Shown here: positions 1 to 8,846 of the stretch, in pieces | Layout of the letters: each line of letters opens with the position of its first letter | Position numbering within the stretch: the first letter of the stretch is position 1 | DNA from: an uncultured bacterium | GTDB taxonomy: Bacteria; Bdellovibrionota; Bacteriovoracia; Bacteriovoracales; CAZZBM01 | Length of the DNA: 64,000 bases | NCBI GenBank assembly: GCA_964652255.1 | Contig: CAZZBM010000001.1 | Coordinates: 604,489 to 668,488, forward strand | Direction of reading: 5' to 3' | The notes under the pieces: model-generated | What the model was told of the DNA's origin: nothing | What the model saw: the letters and a program-made list of their open reading frames with translations, nothing else | Database searches by the model: none | Translations under genes and position numbers: made by a program

Positions 1-88
1 AGATAAAATTCAAAAAATTTTAGATGATATGAATCATAAGATTGATGAATTAGCTCAAAAAAAAGAAAAGGATATTCTTCAAGTTTAA
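1..88 (+). CDS. frr: ribosome recycling factor, C-terminal fragment (5' end outside window)
   Basis: Frame from nt 2 reads DKIQKILDDMNHKIDELAQKKEKDILQV-stop (TAA 86-88), which looks like an Frr C-terminus. Fits the conserved frr-uppS-cdsA-rseP order. Confidence 0.55.
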   Translation, partial: DKIQKILDDMNHKIDELAQKKEKDILQV

Positions 89-93
89 TTCTC

Positions 94-753
94 ATGAAAC
101 AAACAATTCATCATATCGCCATCATTATGGATGGCAATGGACGTTGGGCTACTAAACAAAATTTAGCCCGGGCTTTTGGACATAAAAAAGGGGCGGAAAC
201 TTTAAAATTATTCTTAAATGAAATAGTCAATTTACCTTTTAAAAGCCTAACTTTATTTGCTCTTTCTGAAGATAATCTCAGCAGACCAAGAGAAGAAGTT
301 GATCTTCTTTTTTTTCTCATGGAATCTTATTTAAGAAAAGAATTAAATAAACTTATTGAAAATAAAGTTAAAATAAGAATCATAGGAGAAGAATCTTACT
401 GGAGTCAAAGTCAAAAAGATCTTTTTTATGAAGCAGCTGAAAAAACAAAAAATTTTAATTATAAAGAACTTTATTTAGCTTTTTGTTACTCTTCTCAACA
501 AGAAATTTTTCAAGCTATGAAAAAATCCCAAGATTATACTCAAGTTGAACAATTTCTTTATATGCCCCATGCTCTTGATCTTGTCATTAGAACAGGAGGA
601 GACCAACGATTATCTAATTTTTTACTCTGGCAATCAAGCTATGCAGAACTCTACTTTACTCAAACTCTGTGGCCGGATTTTAGCGAAGAAGAATTTAGAA
701 AAATCTTAAAAGAAGTGGAATTAAGAGAAAGACGTTTTGGTAAACTTCCATGA
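94..753 (+). CDS. uppS: undecaprenyl diphosphate synthase (cis-prenyltransferase)
   Basis: HHIAIIMDGNGRWA and RTGGDQRLSNFLLWQSSYAELYF signature motifs; length typical. Confidence 0.9.
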   Translation: MKQTIHHIAIIMDGNGRWATKQNLARAFGHKKGAETLKLFLNEIVNLPFKSLTLFALSEDNLSRPREEVDLLFFLMESYLRKELNKLIENKVKIRIIGEESYWSQSQKDLFYEAAEKTKNFNYKELYLAFCYSSQQEIFQAMKKSQDYTQVEQFLYMPHALDLVIRTGGDQRLSNFLLWQSSYAELYFTQTLWPDFSEEEFRKILKEVELRERRFGKLP

Positions 754-1520
754 AAGAAAAAGATAGAATCTATTTTGGAATTATGATGAGTGCAGGTTTT
801 TTAACCTGTCTTTTTCTTTTTGGAAAAATCTTAACAGCTTTTCTAGCTTGTATGCTTTACTTAATGGTTTATGATGAACTACAAGTCTCTTTTTTAAAAA
901 GAGAACGATTTAGCTCTCTTTATTTTAAGGAAAGATACGCTCTTTATATCTTTTTTTTTTCTTTCTTTTTTTTAGTTTTATTTCCTGTGATGAAAAACTT
1001 TTTCTTTATTTTAAGTTTTTTACTTACTTTTATTTTATTAATTCAATTTTTTAGAAAAGAAACTTTAAAGATAGAAATTATCTTTTTATCAACAGCACTC
1101 AATATGAGTCTTTTTTCTCTTTTTCTGCAACAAGAACGCTGGATACAAGATCTTTTAGGTTTAGTTATCTTAACAGCTCTTACTGACACGGGTGGTTTTC
1201 TTTTTGGAAAGTTTTTTGGAGAATATCTTTTAGCCCCTCAAATTAGTCCTAAAAAAACTTGGGAAGGTTTTGTAGGAGGTATTTTTTTAGGAACTATCGG
1301 AGCTGTTTTAGTAACAGGAAAATTTAGATTGTTTTTTCTTTTTATTATTTTAACTATCCTAGCTCAACTAGGAGATCTTTTAGAATCTTATCTAAAAAGA
1401 CAATATGAAATTAAAGATAGTGCTAATTTAATTCCAGGTCATGGTGGGATTTATGACCGACTAGATTCTATTATCTTTGTTTTACCTTTTTATCTTGCTA
1501 TAATAACAGGAAACTTATGA
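750..1520 (+). CDS. cdsA: phosphatidate cytidylyltransferase
   Basis: Multi-TM protein with C-terminal signature LKRQYEIKDSANLIPGHGGIYDRLDS. ATGA overlap with uppS. Confidence 0.85.
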   Translation: MKEKDRIYFGIMMSAGFLTCLFLFGKILTAFLACMLYLMVYDELQVSFLKRERFSSLYFKERYALYIFFFSFFFLVLFPVMKNFFFILSFLLTFILLIQFFRKETLKIEIIFLSTALNMSLFSLFLQQERWIQDLLGLVILTALTDTGGFLFGKFFGEYLLAPQISPKKTWEGFVGGIFLGTIGAVLVTGKFRLFFLFIILTILAQLGDLLESYLKRQYEIKDSANLIPGHGGIYDRLDSIIFVLPFYLAIITGNL

Positions 1521-2968
1521 TGTCTTTAGCCATTTTTTTTCTTTTTTTTACTCCCTTAGTGTTTTTTCATGAATTAGGACACTTTCTTGTGGCACGTCTT
1601 TTTGGTGTAAAAGTCGAAAAGTTTTCTATTGGTATAGGACCAAAGCTTTGGGGTTTTACTAAAGGTGAAACAGAATATATTTTTGCCCTCTTTCCTATTG
1701 GTGGCTATATTAAAATGTTTGGGGAAGATCTCTTAAAAAGAGATGAAGTCCCTGAACTGGAAAGAAAAAAAGCCTATAATCATCAAAGCCCTTGGGCGAG
1801 ATTTTGGATTGTCCTAGCTGGTCCTTTGGCTAATTTTATTTTAGCTTTTTTCTTGTTTTTGTTCTTAGTTTTTAAAGGACAAAATCTTCCTGAATCAAGA
1901 TTTGTAGCTTGGAAAGAGCCCCTAATTTTACAAGAATGGAACTTAAAATTAGGAGATAAACTTTTACAAGTGAATAATAAAGAAGTGAGAGCTTTTGAAC
2001 AACTTCTTCTTGTTCAAGAACCTATTGAAAAAATCATCGTCGAAAGGGATGGAAAAGAAAAAATAATTTATTTTAACAATAAACCTGTAGAAGAATTTTC
2101 AAAGGCTTTAAAAGAAAATTTAGAAGTAGGTATTAAACCTTTTGTTGTCAATTCCTTGGGAGATAAAATTTTACTACATGAAAAGGATTCACAACAAATT
2201 CTTCTTGCAAATTTCAAAGAAGAAATTATTCTTCAAAATAAGAAAATTTTTTGTAAAGATTCTTTTTGGCTTTGTTTAAGACAACAAGGATATTACCCTC
2301 AAGAATTAAAAATAAAAAATATTCTTATCGGAGAAGCTGCCGATGAACTAGGACTCAAGGTGGGAGATATTTTATTAAGGGTTCAAAATAAGAACATCTT
2401 TAGCTTAGAAGAATTAAAAGAGGCAATTAAAGATCAAAAAGAGTTGGACTTGCTTCTTTTAAGAGAAGGAAAAGAATTAACTTTAAAAGGAAGTTTTCAA
2501 GGTACAAGACTGGGCATTGAAACAGAACTAGAGTACAGCGAAGAGCCTCAAATTTTACTTCGAGCAAAATCATTACCAGAAGGTTTTTTATGGGCATTTA
2601 AATATACCTATAAAATGACATTAGCTATTTTAGAAGCTTTAAGAGATCTTATTTTTAAAAAATTTGATTTAGCTCAATTAGGTGGACCTATTGCTATTGG
2701 TAAAATGGCTAATAAAACCTTCGAAATGGGAGCTAATCTTTTTTTAAAATTTATGGCTATTTTTTCAGTGAATTTAGCCGTGATGAATTTACTCCCTATT
2801 CCTGTTTTAGACGGTGGACATATTGTTATTCTTACCATTGAATCAATTATTAGAAGACCTCTTCCAGAAAAAGTGATTCGATTTATTTTTTCTCTAGGTT
2901 TTATTCTTATTTTTTACTTAATGCTTCAGGGTCTTTTTAATGATCTTAAAAAAAGTTTTTTCAAATGA
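1517..2968 (+). CDS. rseP: RIP site-2 metalloprotease (M50) RseP
   Basis: N-terminal HELGHF zinc motif, PDZ-like central region, C-terminal NLLPIPVLDGGH motif. Synteny after cdsA. Confidence 0.85.
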   Translation: MMSLAIFFLFFTPLVFFHELGHFLVARLFGVKVEKFSIGIGPKLWGFTKGETEYIFALFPIGGYIKMFGEDLLKRDEVPELERKKAYNHQSPWARFWIVLAGPLANFILAFFLFLFLVFKGQNLPESRFVAWKEPLILQEWNLKLGDKLLQVNNKEVRAFEQLLLVQEPIEKIIVERDGKEKIIYFNNKPVEEFSKALKENLEVGIKPFVVNSLGDKILLHEKDSQQILLANFKEEIILQNKKIFCKDSFWLCLRQQGYYPQELKIKNILIGEAADELGLKVGDILLRVQNKNIFSLEELKEAIKDQKELDLLLLREGKELTLKGSFQGTRLGIETELEYSEEPQILLRAKSLPEGFLWAFKYTYKMTLAILEALRDLIFKKFDLAQLGGPIAIGKMANKTFEMGANLFLKFMAIFSVNLAVMNLLPIPVLDGGHIVILTIESIIRRPLPEKVIRFIFSLGFILIFYLMLQGLFNDLKKSFFK

Positions 2969-3522
2969 TTCTCTATTGTGATGTGGTGAGTAAAAAAAGT
3001 AAACTTGCTCTTCTTGATCAAGATTGTAATGTCTTAAAAGAACATGATTTTGGTGAAAAGGTTTCAGAAGAATTTCATGAAGCTATTTATGAAATATCTT
3101 CAAATCAAGAAATTCATCATTTAATAAGCCCCATGGGACCAGGGTCTTATACTGGTCTTAGGCTTATTGATTTATTTTCTTATTTATGGATGGAAGAGAA
3201 AAAAAAATTCTCTTCTTTTTATTTTTTTGAATATGCTCATTTTTTGAAAAAAAAATTTATCTCTTATGCTTATAAACAAGAAAGTTTTCTTGTAGAAAAT
3301 GAAATTAAAAGACTCATTCCTTATGAAGAAAAGAATTATCAAGATTATACTATTTTACCTGGAGAAGAATCTTATTATCTAAGTGGAGAAGTGCTCTATC
3401 CTTTTAAGAATAAAGACTTTTTACAAGAAGTGATGGCTCAAAATAGACAATTAGACCCTTATTATTATAGAAGAATTGATGATGAATTTAAAAAATCTTC
3501 CCAAAAAATATCTCATTCCTAA
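2965..3522 (+). CDS. tsaB: TsaB/YeaZ-like tRNA t6A biosynthesis protein (short, divergent)
   Basis: GPGSYTGLRL motif typical of TsaB; only 185 aa. Confidence 0.5.
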   Translation: MILYCDVVSKKSKLALLDQDCNVLKEHDFGEKVSEEFHEAIYEISSNQEIHHLISPMGPGSYTGLRLIDLFSYLWMEEKKKFSSFYFFEYAHFLKKKFISYAYKQESFLVENEIKRLIPYEEKNYQDYTILPGEESYYLSGEVLYPFKNKDFLQEVMAQNRQLDPYYYRRIDDEFKKSSQKISHS

Positions 3523-4144
3523 TATTTTCACAGCCATGAATCTTATTTTTGGCTATTTGAGTTTTTGTGTAGAACCTACCACAGGTATTTATCTTGTTTT
3601 TTTAGCAGCCATTTTAGATGGTTTAGATGGCTATACTGCAAGATTACTCCAAGCTCAATCCTCTTTTGGTGAACAATTTGATTCTTTAAGTGATTTTTTA
3701 AGTTTTGGTGTAGCTCCTGCTTTTTTGTTTTCTCGTTATATCAATACTCCTTGGTTTAATGTTCTTTCTATGATCTATGTTTTAGCTGTAGCTATAAGAT
3801 TAGCTCGGTTTAATGTGGTAAAAACTGATAAGTCAATTTTTCAGGGACTTCCAAGTCCAGCTGCAGCTGTGATGCTCATGAGTTTAATTCTTTTTCATGA
3901 AGAAGTGGCGTTAAAGTATTTTCAAATAGTGAGTCCTGTTTTTATTCTTCTACTTTCATTCTTAATGATGAGTTCTTTAAAATTTCCAGCTCTTTTTAAA
4001 GGATATTTTAAAAATAAAGTTCTTGTTATCGCTCTCATAACTATATCTTTGATCAGTCTTTTTTTAGGAGGAATTTATCCTTTTCTTCTTATGATGACTT
4101 ATCTTCTTTACTCTCTTCTTTATGGACTTAAAAATTATCTATAA
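3476..4144 (+). CDS. pssA: CDP-diacylglycerol-serine O-phosphatidyltransferase (CDP-alcohol phosphatidyltransferase family)
   Basis: DGLDGYTAR-x8-GEQFDSLSD motif; multi-TM. The 47-nt overlap with tsaB suggests the true start may be slightly downstream. Confidence 0.75.
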   Translation: MMMNLKNLPKKYLIPNIFTAMNLIFGYLSFCVEPTTGIYLVFLAAILDGLDGYTARLLQAQSSFGEQFDSLSDFLSFGVAPAFLFSRYINTPWFNVLSMIYVLAVAIRLARFNVVKTDKSIFQGLPSPAAAVMLMSLILFHEEVALKYFQIVSPVFILLLSFLMMSSLKFPALFKGYFKNKVLVIALITISLISLFLGGIYPFLLMMTYLLYSLLYGLKNYL

Positions 4145-4853
4145 AGCTTGTTTCTCTTATGAGGGGACAAATTTTTTTGGATGGCAATTTCAGCCAAATA
4201 AAAGAACCGTTCAAGGTGAAATTCTCTCTATCTTAAAAAAAATTTCTCCTAATAATAATATCAAAATACTAGCTTCTAGTAGAACCGACAGAGGAGTTCA
4301 TGCCAGAGAACAATGGGTTAGGATTGAATTAGAAAAAGATATTCCTCATTTAGAAAGAAGCCTAGAATCTCTTCTCCCTGAAGATCTCTTATTGCTTTCT
4401 TTGGTACAAGAAGACTTTCATCCTTTTTCTTATCAATATAAAGAATATCGTTATTTTTTTTCTCAAAAAAAACAATTATTTAAAAGAAACTGTGTGACAA
4501 CTTTACCCAAAAATATTTCTGTGGAAAAATTTAAAGAAGCTTGGTTTTTTTTTCTGGGAAAAAAAAGTTTTCATAATTATAAAACAAGAGGACAAGTCTA
4601 TAAAAGTCATATCAGAAATTGTTTTTTTATCTCCGTGGAAGAAAAAAAAGATCTTATTATGGTTAAAATTAAAGCTAATGGTTTTTTAAAACAAATGATT
4701 AGATTAATAGCTGGTGCTTGTTTATCTTATGCTAAAAATCAGATTAGTGAAAAAGATATTCAAAAAAGTTTTGATCCTAAAATAAGTAAAAGGCTTGGAG
4801 TGGTTACCCCACCTCAGGGTCTGTTTTTATGGAAAACTTTTTTCATCAACTAG
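4122..4853 (+). CDS. truA: tRNA pseudouridine(38-40) synthase
   Basis: FFGWQFQP and SSRTDRGVHA (catalytic Asp) motifs. Confidence 0.8.
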   Translation: MDLKIIYKACFSYEGTNFFGWQFQPNKRTVQGEILSILKKISPNNNIKILASSRTDRGVHAREQWVRIELEKDIPHLERSLESLLPEDLLLLSLVQEDFHPFSYQYKEYRYFFSQKKQLFKRNCVTTLPKNISVEKFKEAWFFFLGKKSFHNYKTRGQVYKSHIRNCFFISVEEKKDLIMVKIKANGFLKQMIRLIAGACLSYAKNQISEKDIQKSFDPKISKRLGVVTPPQGLFLWKTFFIN

Positions 4854-4885
4854 ACGAAAGCTCTTTTTTTAGATAAGGGAAGAGA

Positions 4886-5866
4886 ATGAATAAAATGAGT
4901 CCTTGTATCTATGAAGAAAGTTTTCATTTTGAGTCTCAAGATGAATTTTTGATGCAAATTATGCATAAGGAATTAATGTCCATTAATCAACAAATTCAAA
5001 TTCCAGGCTTTAGAAAAGGACACGCTCCCTTAGAAACTGTGGTTAAAATGCACGGAGCTCAAGTTATTAGAGATGCCCTTTATGAAAGATCTCTCTTGGA
5101 ATTGAAAAAGAATTTACCAAAAGAATACTTTTTTTTAAATGAATCTTTATTGAAAATTAAAAAAACTTCTCAAGAAGAAAGTTATGAAATTGATTTAGCT
5201 TTTTTAGCTATTGATGAAAAAGATTTAAATCCAGTTTTAATTGAAGATGTTATTGAAAAGTGGTCTCAACTAAAATCTTCTGAAACTAAAACTTTAAAGA
5301 ATACTTTTTATTTAAGATTCTTTCCAGAAGCTTTTTCTTCTTTAAAAAAAGAAGAACTTAAGGATGAAGATTATCTCCTTTGGCACAATGGACAAGATTT
5401 AAAACTTTATGAAGTTAAATATTTTGATTTTTATCAAAAAAAAGAAGATCTTTCTGAAGAAGTTAAAAAATATTTTGTAGATTTTTTAAGATTAGATGCT
5501 AATAAAATCAATAAAGACTACTTTATTAATAAAGGAGATGAAAATCTTTATTTAAGCTCTCTAGAATCTTATTCTAAAGCGACTCAAAATCTACTTAAAG
5601 AATCCTTTGGAGAAGAATTCTTACAACTCTATTGGAATGATTTTCTTGAAAAGAATAAAGAAATTTTAAAATTAGAAGACACTCCTTTTGCTTACCTTTT
5701 AGAAAAGAAATCTCTTCAAGCTATCTTTTTACCTTGTGTTCACAGACTACTTTTAAAAACCCTTAATCTTCCTTTCCCAGAAAAAGAAACTTCTATTAAC
5801 TATATTACTGAGCCTCTTAAAGAACAGTACGCTGAAAAATATATTCAAGAGCTGTCTTCTATCTAA
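4886..5866 (+). CDS. trigger factor-like protein (ribosome-binding N-domain present; too short for a full PPIase-containing Tig)
   Basis: IPGFRKGHAP matches the trigger factor GFRxGxxP ribosome-binding signature. 326 aa versus about 430 aa for canonical Tig. Confidence 0.5.
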   Translation: MNKMSPCIYEESFHFESQDEFLMQIMHKELMSINQQIQIPGFRKGHAPLETVVKMHGAQVIRDALYERSLLELKKNLPKEYFFLNESLLKIKKTSQEESYEIDLAFLAIDEKDLNPVLIEDVIEKWSQLKSSETKTLKNTFYLRFFPEAFSSLKKEELKDEDYLLWHNGQDLKLYEVKYFDFYQKKEDLSEEVKKYFVDFLRLDANKINKDYFINKGDENLYLSSLESYSKATQNLLKESFGEEFLQLYWNDFLEKNKEILKLEDTPFAYLLEKKSLQAIFLPCVHRLLLKTLNLPFPEKETSINYITEPLKEQYAEKYIQELSSI

Positions 5867-5883
5867 TTTTCTAATAAGTTTAG

Positions 5884-5919
5884 AAGATCATAAACACAGT
5901 AGGTCTTGTTTCTTTTTTT
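5884..5919 (+). terminator. weak candidate intrinsic terminator after the tig-like gene
   Basis: aagatc (5884-5889) pairs with ggtctt (5902-5907) including one G-U, 12-nt loop, followed by gtttcttttttt. Confidence 0.3.
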
Positions 5920-6010
5920 AGAAGAGGTTTTTTTAATCATATTTTCCTTTTTCTAAATTTCTTTGAGTTATTCTTTGACACTCCACCTATCTAAAGACAG
6001 GGGATTTTTT

Positions 6011-6069
6011 CTTATTAGTCACTAATAAGATTTTTCATTATGATCGTTTTTGGTGGAAATCGATCATAA
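6011..6069. repeat. two adjacent inverted repeats between convergent genes
   Basis: Perfect 19-nt palindrome cttattagt-c-actaataag (6011-6029). Also ttatgatcg (6039-6047) / cgatcataa (6061-6069), 9-bp stem with 13-nt loop. Confidence 0.7.
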
Positions 6070-6070
6070 G

Positions 6071-6901
6071 TTAAAAAAGATTTTGCGCTCTAAAAAGAAG
6101 AAAATAAGGAGTTTTTTTAGGAAAAAACAGAAAGAGAAGATCAAAGAAGTAGAGTTTGATTTTTAAAGAGAAAGAAAAGAGTTGAAGAAGTTTATAAAGA
6201 TAGTTCATACTCATTTCAACAAAAAAATCTTGTAAAAAAGAAAAACTAAACCAATAGTTAAAAAAAATCCAAGGGAAGAGCTTTAAAAATAAAGGTGTTA
6301 ATAGAAAGTTTGTGAAACAAGATAAAGGATAAATAAAACCTTGTAAAAAATAAGCAACTAAAAATTGAGCTCTAATCAGATTGATCCATAAAGAAAAAGG
6401 TTGCATGAAAGATTTTTTACTAAGAAATAAACCAAAAAAAAGAAAACTAAGATTAAAACTTATAGGGCTTTCTTGGAAAGATCCTACAAAAAAATCTAAT
6501 AAAAAAGTTAAGTAAAAACTAGTAAGCGAAGAAAAAGAAAAAAAAATTCTAAAGATTTTAAAAATAAGAACTCTTTTTAAAGAAAAAAATCCTTCTAAAG
6601 AAGCAATGAAAATAGAAAAAAAAGCTAAGAGTACTTTTCTACGAAATAAAAAAGCTAAAGGCATTAAATGCATTCCAGAAGGTGTAAGAAGATGATAAAG
6701 ACCTGTTTTTAATAGAAGTGTTTTTGGAAGATTTTCTTTATAACCAGACATTAAAGCTAAAAGTAAAGACTGTTCAGGCAAGTTTAAAGAATAAGAAATT
6801 TTTTTATCTAAAAGAAAAGAAGGAGTCTCAGAAAGAGAAAAAGAAGAATCACTGAAAAAAAATAAAATACAAGTGATTAAGAAAAGATAAGATGAAGACA
6901 T
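6071..6901 (-). CDS. ComEC/Rec2-like integral membrane protein (competence-domain only)
   Basis: Polytopic. KTGLYHLLTPSGMHLMPLAF resembles the ComEC G-x-x-H-L-L-x-x-SG-x-H motif. 276 aa is about the size of the competence domain alone. Confidence 0.45.
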   Translation of the reverse strand: MSSSYLFLITCILFFFSDSSFSLSETPSFLLDKKISYSLNLPEQSLLLALMSGYKENLPKTLLLKTGLYHLLTPSGMHLMPLAFLFRRKVLLAFFSIFIASLEGFFSLKRVLIFKIFRIFFSFSSLTSFYLTFLLDFFVGSFQESPISFNLSFLFFGLFLSKKSFMQPFSLWINLIRAQFLVAYFLQGFIYPLSCFTNFLLTPLFLKLFPWIFFNYWFSFSFLQDFFVEMSMNYLYKLLQLFSFSLKIKLYFFDLLFLFFPKKTPYFLLFRAQNLF

Positions 6902-6951
6902 AATGTTTTTATAAAAGAAAAGAATTTAAGAGTGATAGAAAAAAAGATACT

Positions 6952-7881
6952 TTATTCAAAAAAGAAAGATTCTTGCTTTTCAATACTAAAAAATAATCTT
7001 TCAAGTCCTATAGCAATTCCAGTACAAAAAGGAAGACCTCTTTCTAAAGCTTCATAGAAAAGTTTTGGCTCATTGAGTTCATAATGATAGAGTTCTTTTT
7101 TTAAAGAAGCTTGTTCTTGAAATCTTTTTTTATGCTCAGAAAGATCTTGTAATTCTAAAAAACCATTGGCAATCTCATAGCCATGAACATAAAATTCAAA
7201 ACGATAAGAAACATCTTTATTTTTTAACTGAGATAAAGCTGCAAATTCAGCAGGAAATTCTTCTAATAAAAAAATGGGATATTTTTTTAATTCTGGTTCA
7301 ATCTTGTTGAGAAAAAGAAGAAAAAATAAATCTTCTTTTAAAAGATTTTTTTGAAAAACTTCAGGTAAAATTTTCTGTACATACTCTTCAAGTTTTTCTT
7401 TTTTCTTTAAAAGAAAGAATAAATCTTGATTTAAGATCTCTTGAAAAAGTTCAGCCATGGTTTTTCTGACTAAAGGAGGTTGTTCTTGGTTAAACTCTTC
7501 AAAGGCTTTTCTAATAAGATCATAAGTGAGATCTTGAACTTTTTTAAAATGATTCTTTCTTCTTTCATAGATTTCTAAGAGTAAAAATTGATTTCTATGA
7601 ATAGGGCTCATAGGCTCGTCTCTAAAAGCATATTGAAGACTATAAAGAGAAGAAAGAGAACTTTGAGAGAGAAATCTCTTTAAATTAAACTCAGGAGAAG
7701 TATGAAGATAAAAAGGAAGTAGTTTTTTTTCATAAGGACTATAGACTTGATAAGGATGAATATGAGTCTCCATGCCTGGATTTTCTACCAAAGGAGGAGG
7801 ATAAACCTCTAAAAAGCCTTCACGATGAAGAAAATTCTTGATTTTAGAGATGTAAAGGTAGAATTTTTCAAGATTTTTCAT
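6952..7881 (-). CDS. epmA: EF-P lysine-lysyl ligase (GenX/PoxA, class II aaRS paralog)
   Basis: RFEFYVHGYEIANGFLELQDLSEHKKRFQ and GIAIGLERL closely parallel E. coli EpmA segments; about 309 aa. Confidence 0.75.
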   Translation of the reverse strand: MKNLEKFYLYISKIKNFLHREGFLEVYPPPLVENPGMETHIHPYQVYSPYEKKLLPFYLHTSPEFNLKRFLSQSSLSSLYSLQYAFRDEPMSPIHRNQFLLLEIYERRKNHFKKVQDLTYDLIRKAFEEFNQEQPPLVRKTMAELFQEILNQDLFFLLKKKEKLEEYVQKILPEVFQKNLLKEDLFFLLFLNKIEPELKKYPIFLLEEFPAEFAALSQLKNKDVSYRFEFYVHGYEIANGFLELQDLSEHKKRFQEQASLKKELYHYELNEPKLFYEALERGLPFCTGIAIGLERLFFSIEKQESFFFE

Positions 7882-7924
7882 GGAAAATTCTTGAATATAT
7901 CCATCTTTTTATGTAAAGTGTCTA

Positions 7925-8815
7925 GTGATGAGCCTAATCATACTTGCTCTTTTGATAGTGCTCTTTTTAGCCACTATTTTCTTTCTCTTTAAGAAAAAAA
8001 AAACAAGAAAAAAAATTTTTCAACCTTTGTTTCAAGGACATTCTCTTACAGAAGCTGAAGAAATTTTTTATAGTAGTGATTTAGGTCCCAAAATGACTAA
8101 AAAACTTCTTGAAGTACTCTATCAAGAAGGTTCTTTTGAAGGATTAAAAAAATATCTTTTTCAAGAACTATCTCCCGTTCAAAAAACCCTAGAGGGAAAA
8201 ATTTATTTTCCTTTTGTAGGTCTTTTTATTGGAATGAACGGTGTAGGAAAAACGACAACCATTGGAAAATTAGCCCATAGATTCCAAGAAGAAGGTAAAA
8301 AAGGTGTTCTTATTGCTGGGGATACTTTTAGAGCTGGAGCTAAAGATCAACTAAAATTTTGGGCTGAAAAAACTCAAAGCCACTTTATTGAAGGAGATTC
8401 AGGAGATGATCCAGCAACGGTTGTTTACAAAGGAGTTGATTTTTTTCTAAAAAATCAACTTGATTATTGCTTAATTGATACAGCAGGAAGACTTCAAAAC
8501 AATGAAAATCTCATTGCTGAACTAAAAAAAATAAAAAAAGTGATGACAAAACTTCTTCCTCAACTTAAAACTCATTCTTTTCTAGTTATTGATGCCATGA
8601 ATGGTTTACACGCTTTAAGACAAATTAAAAGCTTTCATGAAGATATTGGAATAACCTCAGCTATTTATACAAAAGTTGATGGTTCAAGTAAGGCAGGAAG
8701 TCTTATTTCTTTACTGGGAGACTTTAAAATTCCAGTAGCTTACATAGGAATGGGAGAAGGATTAAAAGATCTAACAAGATTTCATTTAAAATCTTATCTA
8801 GATCAATTATTTTGA
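7925..8815 (+). CDS. ftsY: signal recognition particle receptor
   Basis: NG domain: GMNGVGKTTTIGKLA, DTAGR, TKVDGSSKAG motifs; short N-terminal membrane anchor. Confidence 0.9.
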   Translation: MMSLIILALLIVLFLATIFFLFKKKKTRKKIFQPLFQGHSLTEAEEIFYSSDLGPKMTKKLLEVLYQEGSFEGLKKYLFQELSPVQKTLEGKIYFPFVGLFIGMNGVGKTTTIGKLAHRFQEEGKKGVLIAGDTFRAGAKDQLKFWAEKTQSHFIEGDSGDDPATVVYKGVDFFLKNQLDYCLIDTAGRLQNNENLIAELKKIKKVMTKLLPQLKTHSFLVIDAMNGLHALRQIKSFHEDIGITSAIYTKVDGSSKAGSLISLLGDFKIPVAYIGMGEGLKDLTRFHLKSYLDQLF

Positions 8816-8846
8816 GGATTAAAAGTCATCTCAAGAAGGAGATGTT

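Noticed and set aside
5863-5940. 25-aa basic minus-strand ORF (MIKKTSSKKRNKTYCVYDLLNLLEN) with an AAGGAAAA upstream
   Set aside because: It is too short, sits in a convergent terminator-like spacer and overlaps the tig-like stop. It has no paralogues or other supporting features.
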